DNA from: an uncultured Clostridiaceae bacterium
Lineage (GTDB): Bacteria > Bacillota > Clostridia > DUPQ01
Reading direction: 5' to 3'
DNA: 64,000 bases
NCBI GenBank assembly: GCA_964563155.1
Contig: CAZLVL010000008.1
Location: 40,310 to 104,309, forward strand
The first letter of the stretch is position 1, and the number at the start of each line of letters is the position of its first letter. Positions 11,312 through 21,167 of the stretch are shown here, one piece after another. The notes beneath the pieces were generated by a model. That model did not search any database, was not told the DNA's origin, and worked only from the letters and a program-made list of their open reading frames with translations. The position numbers and the translations under genes were made by a program.

Positions 11312-11935
11312 CTAAGAGTTCTTCATCATAATTGTCTCAACTATATTTGCCACATCCTCTGCTTTATCGCAGCAGGCCTCGAAGTTTCTATAGATTGACC
11401 TCCATATTACCTTTTGTTCAGCACTAGCATCCGATTGGAAAAGGTCTCTCATCAACCTTATATACAAACTATCTCCTTCTTCTTCCAAGTCATTTACTAC
11501 AATTATGTAATCTTTAATCTTTTTACTCTTACTGAAATTTTGGAATTCAATCAAAGTATCTTTTAAGGTATAGCATAGTTTTTTAATAATATCACAAAAC
11601 TCAAGAACTCCAGGTCTTAAGTCCTCTACACTATACATATACATTTTTATTAAAATATCCTCTATATTATCTGTCACACTATCTATTTCTTGGGCTAAAT
11701 TAATTATGTCTTCCACATCAATAGGAGTTATGAACTCTTTAACCAGTTCATTTACCATTTCATGTTTTTTCATGTCTGCTTCATGCTCAATCTTGTGCAT
11801 TTCTATTAAGTGTTCCTTGGTTTTATCGCTATCATAGTCACTTAAAATTTCAATTAAATATTCAGCTGCCTTACAAGAATACTCAATTAAGTCTACAAAC
11901 ATTTCAAAATAGTTATTTCTTTTTTTTCTAAACAT
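11312..11935 (-). CDS. DUF47/PhoU-like protein (YkaA family), partner of Pit
   Basis: The track ORF extends to 12055 and would overlap pit. The internal start MFRKKRNNYFEMF at 11935 matches DUF47 N-termini and leaves an 18-bp gap to pit. Confidence 0.7.
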   Translation of the reverse strand: MFRKKRNNYFEMFVDLIEYSCKAAEYLIEILSDYDSDKTKEHLIEMHKIEHEADMKKHEMVNELVKEFITPIDVEDIINLAQEIDSVTDNIEDILIKMYMYSVEDLRPGVLEFCDIIKKLCYTLKDTLIEFQNFSKSKKIKDYIIVVNDLEEEGDSLYIRLMRDLFQSDASAEQKVIWRSIYRNFEACCDKAEDVANIVETIMMKNS

Positions 11936-11952
11936 TTTAGTCCTCAATCCTC

Positions 11953-13005
11953 CTATACAAATATTAAGAAGAGCTTTGCCATAACATAGCCAATAAGGCC
12001 ACAGGCTGGAAAGGAAATTACCCAAGTCATTACTAAATCCTTTGCTACATTCCATTTAACGCTTTTAAATCTTTTAGCTGCCCCTACTCCCATGGTTGCT
12101 ACAGTTTTTGTCTGGGTAGTACTTAAAGGCATTCCTGCAACAGAGGAAAAAAGTATACTTATGGAAGCTGCTAAATCTGCAGAAAAACCCTGATACTTGT
12201 TTAAAGTTACTATGGAATTACCAATTTTTTTCATTATCTTGTAGCCGCCTAGAGAGGTTCCCAAGGCCATAAGTATGGCACACATTAGGATAATCCAAAA
12301 AGGTATATCAGGCTTATCATCAACAGGTATATCTCTTACTAAATAAAGGCTTAACAGAAAAATACCCATGCTCTTTTGACCGTCTTGAGCTCCATGCATA
12401 AAGGCCATAAAGGCAGATGCTCCAATTTGAGACTTTTGAAAAAAGGTCATGCTCTTTTTTCTATTGGCCCCTTTAAAGATAAGTTCAATCACCTTTACAA
12501 TTAAAAAACCCAAGACAAAACCCATAATAATTGAGATACCAAAGCCATAGAGCACCTTAACAATCTCATTTTTATCCACTGCTCCAAAGCCTTGGCTTGA
12601 AGCTATTCCAGCTCCTGCTATACCTGCAACCAAGGTATGACTTATACTAGTAGGAATAGCCATGAGCCAGGCTAAAAAGGTCCATATTACAATGGCACAA
12701 AGGCCTGCACATAAAATTGCTAAAGAAATCTTTGAACCATCTTCAAAGTCGACCATGTGATAAAAGGTTCTAGCCACACTAGTATTTAAAAGGGCCATAA
12801 CAATGACCCCTAAAAAGTTAAGAAAAGAGGCCATAATAACTGCTATCTTTGGCTTTATAGATCTGGCAAAAATAGTAGTAGCAATAGCACCTGGAGCATC
12901 AATCCAGCCATTAAATACAATAACAGCAAAAACTAAAAGACTGACAATAACCAAGAGTGGATTAGTGCTCAGGTCTGATAAATAGGTGCTAAAGTTGGCT
13001 TGCAT
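11953..13005 (-). CDS. pit: Inorganic phosphate transporter, PiT family
   Basis: 350 aa polytopic membrane protein with a PiT-like repeat architecture. Paired with a DUF47 gene as in the ykaA-pit arrangement. Confidence 0.75.
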   Translation of the reverse strand: MQANFSTYLSDLSTNPLLVIVSLLVFAVIVFNGWIDAPGAIATTIFARSIKPKIAVIMASFLNFLGVIVMALLNTSVARTFYHMVDFEDGSKISLAILCAGLCAIVIWTFLAWLMAIPTSISHTLVAGIAGAGIASSQGFGAVDKNEIVKVLYGFGISIIMGFVLGFLIVKVIELIFKGANRKKSMTFFQKSQIGASAFMAFMHGAQDGQKSMGIFLLSLYLVRDIPVDDKPDIPFWIILMCAILMALGTSLGGYKIMKKIGNSIVTLNKYQGFSADLAASISILFSSVAGMPLSTTQTKTVATMGVGAAKRFKSVKWNVAKDLVMTWVISFPACGLIGYVMAKLFLIFV

Positions 13006-13043
13006 TCTTTTTTATTTCCCTCTTATTCTAATTTCTTATAGCT

Positions 13044-14303
13044 TTAAATCTTCTTTTTTAGTAGGTATTTATCAATCTTTTTAACAAGGTCTTCAGGTAT
13101 CTCTCTTGCTACTGGGAAGAGATAAGAATTAACCACTCTATCAGAAAACTTAGCAATAAAAGAAGTTGTATACTCTAAACTTTTGGCGGATATGGGAGCT
13201 AAAACATCATTTCTTGTATGATTGGCTACAGCACCAGCAGACCCATACCTTACAAAGTTAACTGCAGGTACCCCCTTATCTGCAAAAGGAATTCCATCTG
13301 ATGAATAGATGTCGTGTCTTAAACTCATAGGATGACCAATTTCTTTGTACATATATTCAATCATATGTAGAAGCTTTTCTTCTGCTATAACAATAGCTGT
13401 ATCTCTTCCCATAATGGGACCTGCTAGGTCTACATTTATACAAAGCTTAACAGAGTCTAATTCATCCTTATGTTTTTCAACATAATCCTTACTTCCAAAA
13501 AGACCCCTTTCTTCAGAACCGGTCCAAACAAATCTTAGGGTTCTCAAAGGTGGATTTTTAGCAAAGTGTCTAGCAAGCTCTAATATAATGGCTGAGCCTG
13601 AAGCATTATCAAACATTCCTCTACTGTAGGCAACAGAGTCATAATGGGCAGTATATACAATAACTTCCTCTGGATACTTGCTACCTTTAATGTCAGCAAT
13701 AATATTTTTGGAATCCCCTTCTCCTTCAACTTGCTCTAGCACTAGACGAACCTTTTTGGGTTCTGCTTTCATAAGTCTTACAGCATCTTTCATTCTTATA
13801 ATAACTCCAGGGACTTGACCATTTTCTAGATGGCCTTGTCTTAGCATTCTTTCATCTAAATCAGTTTTTGCTGGATCATCAAAGAATTGTCCACTAGGAG
13901 TTATAAAGCCAGCTACTTTGGCTTTGGCTAAGCGTTCATATACTTCATATCCCAAACCAGACACTAGAACAATCTTGCCTTCTACATCAACTATATCTAT
14001 ATCATCACCAGATTCTACATATTTAAATTCAGCTTCAATACCATCTTTAGCAGCATTTCCACTGTATCCATAACCAGTAACCTCAAAGGACATGCTCTTA
14101 GACTCAGGTTCAGTTATGGAAAATTCAACCTTTTTTATCTCATAATTAGGTACCTTAAAATGCTCATATACAGGATTAAGCCCAATAGCTTTTATCTCTT
14201 GGCTTAAAATTTGGGCAGCTTGTTTTTCACCATCAGTGGTGGATAGCCTAATAAAGTTTAATTTTTTCATTGTGTCATAAATTCTTTTGCCTCTAATGTC
14301 CAT
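13044..14303 (-). CDS. M28 family Zn aminopeptidase with PA domain
   Basis: Zinc-ligand context HYDSV...DNASG...GSEERGLFGS...H. Start moved to MDIRGKR (14303), which has a GAGGG SD; the track start at 14345 lacks one. Confidence 0.75.
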   Translation of the reverse strand: MDIRGKRIYDTMKKLNFIRLSTTDGEKQAAQILSQEIKAIGLNPVYEHFKVPNYEIKKVEFSITEPESKSMSFEVTGYGYSGNAAKDGIEAEFKYVESGDDIDIVDVEGKIVLVSGLGYEVYERLAKAKVAGFITPSGQFFDDPAKTDLDERMLRQGHLENGQVPGVIIRMKDAVRLMKAEPKKVRLVLEQVEGEGDSKNIIADIKGSKYPEEVIVYTAHYDSVAYSRGMFDNASGSAIILELARHFAKNPPLRTLRFVWTGSEERGLFGSKDYVEKHKDELDSVKLCINVDLAGPIMGRDTAIVIAEEKLLHMIEYMYKEIGHPMSLRHDIYSSDGIPFADKGVPAVNFVRYGSAGAVANHTRNDVLAPISAKSLEYTTSFIAKFSDRVVNSYLFPVAREIPEDLVKKIDKYLLKKKI

Positions 14304-14514
14304 CTTTTTTCCCTCTTCTTCTTTTTTGGTCAATAATATTGACATTCAATCTTTTTCTTTAAAATTTCATAAACAAAAATGGGAGTTAATCATCTTCCAT
14401 TTTGGTCTTTTATCCTATTATACATCAAAAAGAGACTAAAAAATGAGATAGGGCATTTGTTTTTTAATCCCAGCCTTTAAAAAAGACCATATCAAAAAGC
14501 CCTATCTCTTTTAC

Positions 14515-15522
14515 TTACTTATTTTTATAAAACTCATCTACTGCTTCAAAGAAAGCATCGATATTTTCCCAGGGAGCCATTGGCGGAATATCACAACCAG
14601 AAGAAATAACAAAGTTATTGTATTTAGAACATTTTTCTAAAATACTGGTTGTTTCTGCCTTAATAGATTCCACTGTACCATTTCTAAGTTGTTTTGCTGG
14701 GTCAACATTACCAAACACAACTATATCTGATGGAATTTTTTCCAACATATCTTCCATACGAATAGAGTTACCAAAATGGAAAGCTGCTGCTTTTGTATCC
14801 AAGATACCATCAATCATTTGAATAACACTATTTCCACAGTTGTGGTAGATAACAATAAAGTCATCACTTTGAACTTCTGCAATAATTCTCTTAACATAAT
14901 CAGAAGAGAATTCTCCTCCTAAAGATGGAGATAAAAGTCCTGCTAAGGGTTCTGCCATTACAATGCCATCAGCTCCAGTTTCTTTGTATGCTTTAATGTA
15001 TTCAATTAAAAAAGCAGTAACCTTTTCTAATACCATGTGTACCATTTCAGGTTCATCATAGCAAAGCACCATAGCCTCTGTAACGTCTAGTAATCTTCCT
15101 GTAAGAGAAAAAGGTCCAATTACCCCTGCAAAAACAGGTCTATCTGTAATCTTCTTTTTCGCTTGTCTAATAGCCTCAATGTATAGGCCAGTACGCTTGC
15201 AACCTACTTTTGGAACCTCCAAAGCTTCAGCGTCTTCCATGGTAGTTATAATGCTACCTGTAACTGTAGGAACTTCATCGTCGGATTTTATTATCTCTGA
15301 GCCAAAGCATTCAGCTTCTACAGATAAGTCCATCAAACTAACTGCAGCTGCAGAATCAACTCTATCTGCCACTGCCTTCATTCCTTGTGCTTGATATTCA
15401 CTGTCTGAAATCAATTGTTTAACACTTATATTCAATAACTGCACAGATGGAAAAGAAAGAACTGGCATTGCCTTTTTCACCTTTGCATCTCTCATATCTG
15501 CTAACCAATCAAACATATTCAT
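14515..15522 (-). CDS. Uroporphyrinogen-decarboxylase (URO-D) family protein, MtaA/CmuA-like methyltransferase
   Basis: 335 aa with URO-D fold signatures. Stand-alone, with no adjacent corrinoid protein. Confidence 0.6.
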   Translation of the reverse strand: MNMFDWLADMRDAKVKKAMPVLSFPSVQLLNISVKQLISDSEYQAQGMKAVADRVDSAAAVSLMDLSVEAECFGSEIIKSDDEVPTVTGSIITTMEDAEALEVPKVGCKRTGLYIEAIRQAKKKITDRPVFAGVIGPFSLTGRLLDVTEAMVLCYDEPEMVHMVLEKVTAFLIEYIKAYKETGADGIVMAEPLAGLLSPSLGGEFSSDYVKRIIAEVQSDDFIVIYHNCGNSVIQMIDGILDTKAAAFHFGNSIRMEDMLEKIPSDIVVFGNVDPAKQLRNGTVESIKAETTSILEKCSKYNNFVISSGCDIPPMAPWENIDAFFEAVDEFYKNK

Positions 15523-15632
15523 TTTGTCTACCTCCTGACTAGGTAAAATATTTCATTACCATACTACCATATTAAAATGCTTAGTCTAGATAATAATAGA
15601 AAAAAAACAAGAAAGTTACAAAGTTATTAAAC

Positions 15633-16316
15633 TCAAGCCACTTGTATATCTTGGTCTTGCTCCTTATATAATTTTTGCCACTTGACCAGACCTACAATAT
15701 TTATAATCAAAAATGGAATGTTCTGAACAATCATGGTTATCTGGGACTTGTCCACCTGTAAGGTGGAAATCCAAATAATTGCTAAAATAATTGTATAGCT
15801 AGACCAAAGGTACCACTGCTCCTTAATTCTTAGGGCATATAGATAACCTGCCCCTATAGTTGCAAAGGTACCAAGTGCATTTAAGTAAGGTAAAGAAGAT
15901 CCTATAAAATTTAAAAAGTAACCATATGCTAAGGTGCCAACAATACCAATAATGCTAAGAGCAAGCACCTGTTTAAGGTTTATCTTATATACTCTAGCAA
16001 TAACCTCTTCTTTCCCCTTTTTTATAACCCACTTATAGGTGGAAAATATATAAACCGGAAAGAGATAAAGACCTGCTAAAATAGCTTCACCAAAAAATTT
16101 GTTCCTAAAAGAAATATAGGCATAAAGGGCAATCTGAATAGAATAAAATATATTACAATACTTATTTCCCTTCATATTTAAAACGCCTGCTGTTATACCT
16201 GTAGCAGAAACTAAAAAGACTAGAAAGGGTACCTGAAAAACAAGAGCAAACACCAGAATAAGAGTTATAGAAAGCCCATAAAAAACATAATCTACTTTTG
16301 TAATATTTTTCAGCAT
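15633..16316 (-). CDS. pnuC: PnuC-like nicotinamide riboside/NMN transporter
   Basis: 227 aa with about 7 TM helices and a W/Y-rich PnuC-like core. Confidence 0.55.
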   Translation of the reverse strand: MLKNITKVDYVFYGLSITLILVFALVFQVPFLVFLVSATGITAGVLNMKGNKYCNIFYSIQIALYAYISFRNKFFGEAILAGLYLFPVYIFSTYKWVIKKGKEEVIARVYKINLKQVLALSIIGIVGTLAYGYFLNFIGSSLPYLNALGTFATIGAGYLYALRIKEQWYLWSSYTIILAIIWISTLQVDKSQITMIVQNIPFLIINIVGLVKWQKLYKEQDQDIQVA

Positions 16317-16501
16317 AAGCCACCTTCAAGAATATTTTAAATATAAAACCTTTCAAATAATATCATACTATAGTTTGCTTGTATATTAATAGAAGATAGT
16401 CTCCTATCTTCTAATTATCTTTTATCTTATATGCTTTCTTTCTATCTATTTACTATTCTTACACCAAACTATTCACTCTAGATTTTATCAGTGGTTAATG
16501 T

Positions 16502-18403
16502 TTAGTCTTGATATAAGTCATTTTCAAATAGATGGAAAAGAACAGCTCCAGTGGCATCTTTGGGTTGAGGATACTTTAAGAGGTAACAAAGGGTTGGGGC
16601 CACATCTTCTAGATTGGCAGGTCTATCAATCTTTTGTCCCACTTTTATATTCTTTCCTGAAATTCCAAAGAAACATCTAATGTCTCCAGTCTCTGTCTTG
16701 GCAGTTTGTACTTGACAGGCATGGACTCCTCCTATGTAACCACCAGTAGAGTTGCCAGACAGGCCATATACAACATCACCAATCCTATCTTCACCTAGCC
16801 CAATAAAGCCCGCTTGACTTCTATGGGTTGCAAAGGCTAGGTAACACTGGTCTTTTTCATTCCAGTGGTATTTATGTAAGACTTTAATAATATCATTTAC
16901 TGTTTTATCATAATCTTCAGGCTCTACAATACCCTCAGGTTCTCTTCCCTTTAGATTTACATATATAGAGCCACAACCTACAGGAAAGGCCTTTGTTTTA
17001 GACCAATCTATAACTCTGTCTCTCCAATAGACATTCTTACCATCAGCTGGTGGAATATAGGCTAGCATACCTTCTTTTTCAAAATAGTCATGAACCAAAA
17101 CGGTTCTGTTACAGCCAACAGCTCCATGGTCTGAGATAATGACAAAGATTGTGTCTTCCCCAATTACATTGTCATAAAGCCAGCCAATAAAGTGGTCAGC
17201 AATTTCATAGGCCCTTTCATAGGCATCTTTAGCTGTTTCGTATTCAGCTTGGGTAGCCTTTTCCACTCTTTCAAAGACTCCTCTATACATATGGTTTACA
17301 GTATCGGTATAACCTTGTACAAAGGCCATAATCTCAACAGGGTCATTTTCTATAGCATCAATTATAATTTCTTTGAACCATTCATATTTAAAGCCAATAA
17401 GTTCAAAGGCAGTGTCGATGTTTCCTTCTTTTAAAAAGAAGTGGCCATAGTTATTAGATGAAGGTATCTCATCAATATCGTTAATTCTTTTGGAAAAACT
17501 ATGAGGTGAGGTTGCTGTCATCAAGTTTACAGTAGCTGTAATGAAGATATAGAAGCCACCATCGCTTACCCTTTTAGCAGTAATCCTAAATTTGTATTTA
17601 CCTTCTCCAGTAGAATCTTTTAACTCCCTATTTATTACCTTTGACCATCCATTCATGGGAACATGGTAGTGGATGTTTTCTTTCATATGCTCTTCATCAA
17701 AGGATATATAGATACCATCATCTGTATACTTCATAACCCAGTAGAAGTCTTCAATTCCTCTAGGGTTTTCCAGGTGGTTCTTTTTTTCTACATTCAATTT
17801 GAACCAACCGTTATCTAGTTTTGTATATGAACTAGGTTTTAATTTAGCAGAAGGCTGCCATTTTCCTGAAGGTGCCTTCTCCATTCTTCCTTTTTCAGGT
17901 AATGCATCTACCATATCTGCATCAAATAAATAAAGTTGCTCTGAAATATCTTTTTCTGAAACCGTATTTTGTTGACCCTTCACAGAGGTATCTACAGTGT
18001 TGCAACCCATACCAATTTGTCTTACTAAGTCAGACTTTGCTGGTCCTGCCATGCAAAAGTCGGCAATCATGGATTTTTTTCCTTTTCTTGCAGCAGCTTC
18101 CCAAAATCTTTCTGCTAAAAGATAATCCCCATGATAGGCAGTGGAAAATTTATTTGGATATTCACCCTTAGGCAATAGAACCTCATCAGTTATACCGTGA
18201 ACGTGGGGAGAGGCCCCAGTCTGCATGGTGGACCAACAGGTGGCAGAAATAGTAGGATAAGGGGGTCTAGTATCAGTTAAAAGACAACCCTTTTCCAAAA
18301 ACTTTGCAAAGTTTGGTAATTTACCTTTTTCAATTTCCTCTAGAATAAAGGAGGTGACAGCTCCATCTAATCCTAAGATAAATAATTCTGGTTTTTGTTT
18401 CAT
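16502..18403 (-). CDS. Alkaline-phosphatase superfamily type I phosphodiesterase/nucleotide pyrophosphatase
   Basis: N-terminal LGLDGA, PTISATCWSTMQTGASP and HG motifs of PF01663. 633 aa with a large internal insertion. Confidence 0.7.
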   Translation of the reverse strand: MKQKPELFILGLDGAVTSFILEEIEKGKLPNFAKFLEKGCLLTDTRPPYPTISATCWSTMQTGASPHVHGITDEVLLPKGEYPNKFSTAYHGDYLLAERFWEAAARKGKKSMIADFCMAGPAKSDLVRQIGMGCNTVDTSVKGQQNTVSEKDISEQLYLFDADMVDALPEKGRMEKAPSGKWQPSAKLKPSSYTKLDNGWFKLNVEKKNHLENPRGIEDFYWVMKYTDDGIYISFDEEHMKENIHYHVPMNGWSKVINRELKDSTGEGKYKFRITAKRVSDGGFYIFITATVNLMTATSPHSFSKRINDIDEIPSSNNYGHFFLKEGNIDTAFELIGFKYEWFKEIIIDAIENDPVEIMAFVQGYTDTVNHMYRGVFERVEKATQAEYETAKDAYERAYEIADHFIGWLYDNVIGEDTIFVIISDHGAVGCNRTVLVHDYFEKEGMLAYIPPADGKNVYWRDRVIDWSKTKAFPVGCGSIYVNLKGREPEGIVEPEDYDKTVNDIIKVLHKYHWNEKDQCYLAFATHRSQAGFIGLGEDRIGDVVYGLSGNSTGGYIGGVHACQVQTAKTETGDIRCFFGISGKNIKVGQKIDRPANLEDVAPTLCYLLKYPQPKDATGAVLFHLFENDLYQD

Positions 18404-18461
18404 ACCCTTCTCCTTTTTTTATCTGGCTGAATCTAAAAATTAGGAGCTAGAGATAATAATC

Positions 18462-19370
18462 TTATTTGTTCAAATCTTCTAATATCTCTTCTAAGACATG
18501 CTGGGCAATACCATTAGGCACTTGACAAGTGGCTGCATTTTTATGGCCACCACCCCCATGCTTCTTGCAAATAGCTCCTAAATCCTTGTCAGAATCTTTG
18601 TTAAAAATGGATTTACCTAAGGCATAAACAGTATTTCTTTTTTTCAGCCCCCACATCTCATGGATAGATACCTGGCATTGGGGAAAGAGTGTGTAAATTA
18701 AGAACCTGTTTCCTACATAAATCTCATCTACTTGCTTGAGCCTTAGCAAAACTGTAGTTCCAATTACCTCAGAACAGTCCAGTAGTTGCTGTTTAAAGAG
18801 TTTTTGTTGCTCAAAGTACATTTCAATACGTTCTTTTACATCATATTGTTGTAAAACCTCTTCTAGACTGTGATCTTTAACATAGTCAATTAGTAGCATC
18901 ATCAAATCATAGTTTGATATTCTAAAATCTCTAAAGCGACCAAAACCACTTCTTGGATCCATTATAAAGCTTAAAAGAATCCAGCCCTGAGGGTTAATAA
19001 TTTCTTCCATTGTGTAGCCTGCAGAGTCCGCCTTGTCTACTGCTTCAAGAATATCTTTAGACAACTTTATATTCTTTTCTCCACCGTAGTATTCATAAAC
19101 TACCCTAGCAGCAGATGGATAATCAGGTTTGTTAATATAATTGGGATGGACATCATCACTTTGAGAGCTGTGGTGATCAAAAGCTAAATGTACCCCTTTT
19201 GCAAAGGGAACATTGGCTGTTATGTCATTTTCACCCACATCTATCATATGGTCTTGCATATCCTTAGGATGAACAAAAAGAATATCCTCTAGAATGTCCA
19301 ACTCCTTCATAATCATAGCGCAAACCAGCCCATCAAAATCTGAACGGGTAATCAGTCGGTACTTTCTCAT
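18462..19370 (-). CDS. DHH/DHHA1 phosphoesterase (NrnA/DhhP-like nanoRNase or cyclic-dinucleotide phosphodiesterase)
   Basis: DFDG and DHH (LAFDHHSS) motifs, plus the C-terminal DHHA1 GGGGH motif. Confidence 0.7.
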   Translation of the reverse strand: MRKYRLITRSDFDGLVCAMIMKELDILEDILFVHPKDMQDHMIDVGENDITANVPFAKGVHLAFDHHSSQSDDVHPNYINKPDYPSAARVVYEYYGGEKNIKLSKDILEAVDKADSAGYTMEEIINPQGWILLSFIMDPRSGFGRFRDFRISNYDLMMLLIDYVKDHSLEEVLQQYDVKERIEMYFEQQKLFKQQLLDCSEVIGTTVLLRLKQVDEIYVGNRFLIYTLFPQCQVSIHEMWGLKKRNTVYALGKSIFNKDSDKDLGAICKKHGGGGHKNAATCQVPNGIAQHVLEEILEDLNK

Positions 19371-19476
19371 ACAACCTCCTTAGTTAAGCTCAAAAGACAA
19401 TATTTATTTTTCAATACTACATTTAGTACAAAAAGTCTAACTTTATGTTCAACAAATAACATTATATAACTTATAA

Positions 19477-21069
19477 TTACTTGGTCAATGCAAATCCCTC
19501 AAAGTACAAATAATTTACCTCATCATTGGGGCCAATAGAGTAGGTAAGATAGGATAAATATATCCTTATATCTTCCCCTATATCAAAGGCCAAATCATCT
19601 ATATCCGAATCCTTGCTAATTGCCTTAATGCCTTCTTCTATGTCATATCTTGTATCATTGATGTAGATGATGTAAGGATTAGCATCTCTATTTGATTCAA
19701 TCCTGTGATAATACTTGTAGTCTCCAATATCTAGATCTTGGTAGTCCTTGTTTTTATTAACATAATAGTTTTCCTTGTCATAACCTTCATTATAATATCC
19801 TCTTTCAAAACCAAATAAAATATGAAAAGGAACATCCTTGTTTAGGTAATCAGGTGCTTTTTTCTTCCCTATTAAAAAGCCATAACTTCCTTCAATAGCT
19901 TCTTTGTCTTGGGCAGATATATCCTTGTTGGGTATAACTTTATTATTTTCTAGCATACCATTGGCTACAAGAACCTTTTCCAGCCTAGCCACTTGATTGT
20001 AGGTGGGCACATCCAATATATTTAGAGGACCAATACTGGATACTAAGGTTATAAGTCCAAAAGCAAGTATGACAAACTTAACAAATTTCCCTTTTTTAAT
20101 AAGGGTTAAAATTATAAAAACAAGGGCTGTTACACTAAATATTATAGAAACATATCTTAAAGATGTAAGGCCATAGGCATTTACCCTTATGTATACTGCA
20201 ATAGCTTGGGCTACAATTATTGGTAAGAGAAATATACCTCCATATTTTTTGAAAAAGCTACTTGCCTTTGTTTCAAAGCAACCTAAAGTTAGGTAGAAAA
20301 ATATGAAAAACAAGGAAGCTAGAGAAGCAAATATATTAATCTGACCCTGGGGCATCTCAAAAGTGATGAGGATTTTTACTAAATAAGCATACAAGACACC
20401 CATTAAAAGTGTGTATATGGGTAGGCCCACATACAAGACTAAGACCTTAAATATGTTAGGAATCTTAATTTCACTATCCTTTTTAGGCAAGGTTGCAATC
20501 CAGATATTATAAAATAAAAGAATATATGAAAATGCCAAGGTAATTAGATACCACTTTTCTATCTCATATAGTTCAACCACTAAAAAGTTTAGGGCTAAAA
20601 GACAAAGGGAAATCCCTGAAAAAAACAGTCCTGCAACTAAAGAGGAAAAAAAGCCAGACTTGATAATCTGGGGAAACACATAGTTGTGATTTGGAGCATC
20701 ATACATAACATAGGAGGCTACTAGAATAACTATTAGTACACTGCCAAAAAAGCCTAAGGCCACATAGTCAGAATCAAAAATATTTCCAATTAAAAAGTAG
20801 CATATCACCATAGTTAAGGCTGAACCTATTCTTTGTATCCACTCCCATAATTTTGAAAACTCATACTTAATACTAATCAGTTGCATAGTTAGGGCAAAAA
20901 GGCTGGAAAAGCCTACGCTTAAGATTAAGACCATAAACCGATTATCCACAAATTCAAAGATAATTTGCATACTCACTAGTATAAAAAGTAGAATACTTGT
21001 ATAAAAAGATATGACAAACTGGGCCATTGACTCTTTAATACTTTTAAAAATTAATTTAAAAAACTTCAT
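19477..21069 (-). CDS. Polytopic membrane protein of unknown function with C-terminal soluble domain
   Basis: 530 aa. About 10 hydrophobic helices followed by a roughly 170-aa hydrophilic Tyr/Asp-rich tail. No recognisable motif. Confidence 0.6.
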   Translation of the reverse strand: MKFFKLIFKSIKESMAQFVISFYTSILLFILVSMQIIFEFVDNRFMVLILSVGFSSLFALTMQLISIKYEFSKLWEWIQRIGSALTMVICYFLIGNIFDSDYVALGFFGSVLIVILVASYVMYDAPNHNYVFPQIIKSGFFSSLVAGLFFSGISLCLLALNFLVVELYEIEKWYLITLAFSYILLFYNIWIATLPKKDSEIKIPNIFKVLVLYVGLPIYTLLMGVLYAYLVKILITFEMPQGQINIFASLASLFFIFFYLTLGCFETKASSFFKKYGGIFLLPIIVAQAIAVYIRVNAYGLTSLRYVSIIFSVTALVFIILTLIKKGKFVKFVILAFGLITLVSSIGPLNILDVPTYNQVARLEKVLVANGMLENNKVIPNKDISAQDKEAIEGSYGFLIGKKKAPDYLNKDVPFHILFGFERGYYNEGYDKENYYVNKNKDYQDLDIGDYKYYHRIESNRDANPYIIYINDTRYDIEEGIKAISKDSDIDDLAFDIGEDIRIYLSYLTYSIGPNDEVNYLYFEGFALTK

Positions 21070-21167
21070 CTTTATTGCTCACTTTCTTCCTTGTATAAAG
21101 GATTTGACCGCTGGAAATCTAACTTATAAGTAAATTATATATCTTGTAACCTAAAACTTCTTCTTTT

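Noticed and set aside
14447-14501. GAGATAGGGC...GCCCTATCTC inverted repeat downstream of the URO-D-family gene as a terminator
   Set aside because: The 10-bp arms are separated by a 35-nt loop and there is no clear U-tract. It may be a regulatory or structural element, but it is too weak to call as an intrinsic terminator.
16391-16412. Hairpin AGAAGATAG-TCTC-CTATCTTCT in the pnuC leader as a riboswitch/NiaR site
   Set aside because: This is a simple stem-loop with no recognisable conserved riboswitch core (no THI-box, FMN or NAD-I features visible). It is insufficient evidence.
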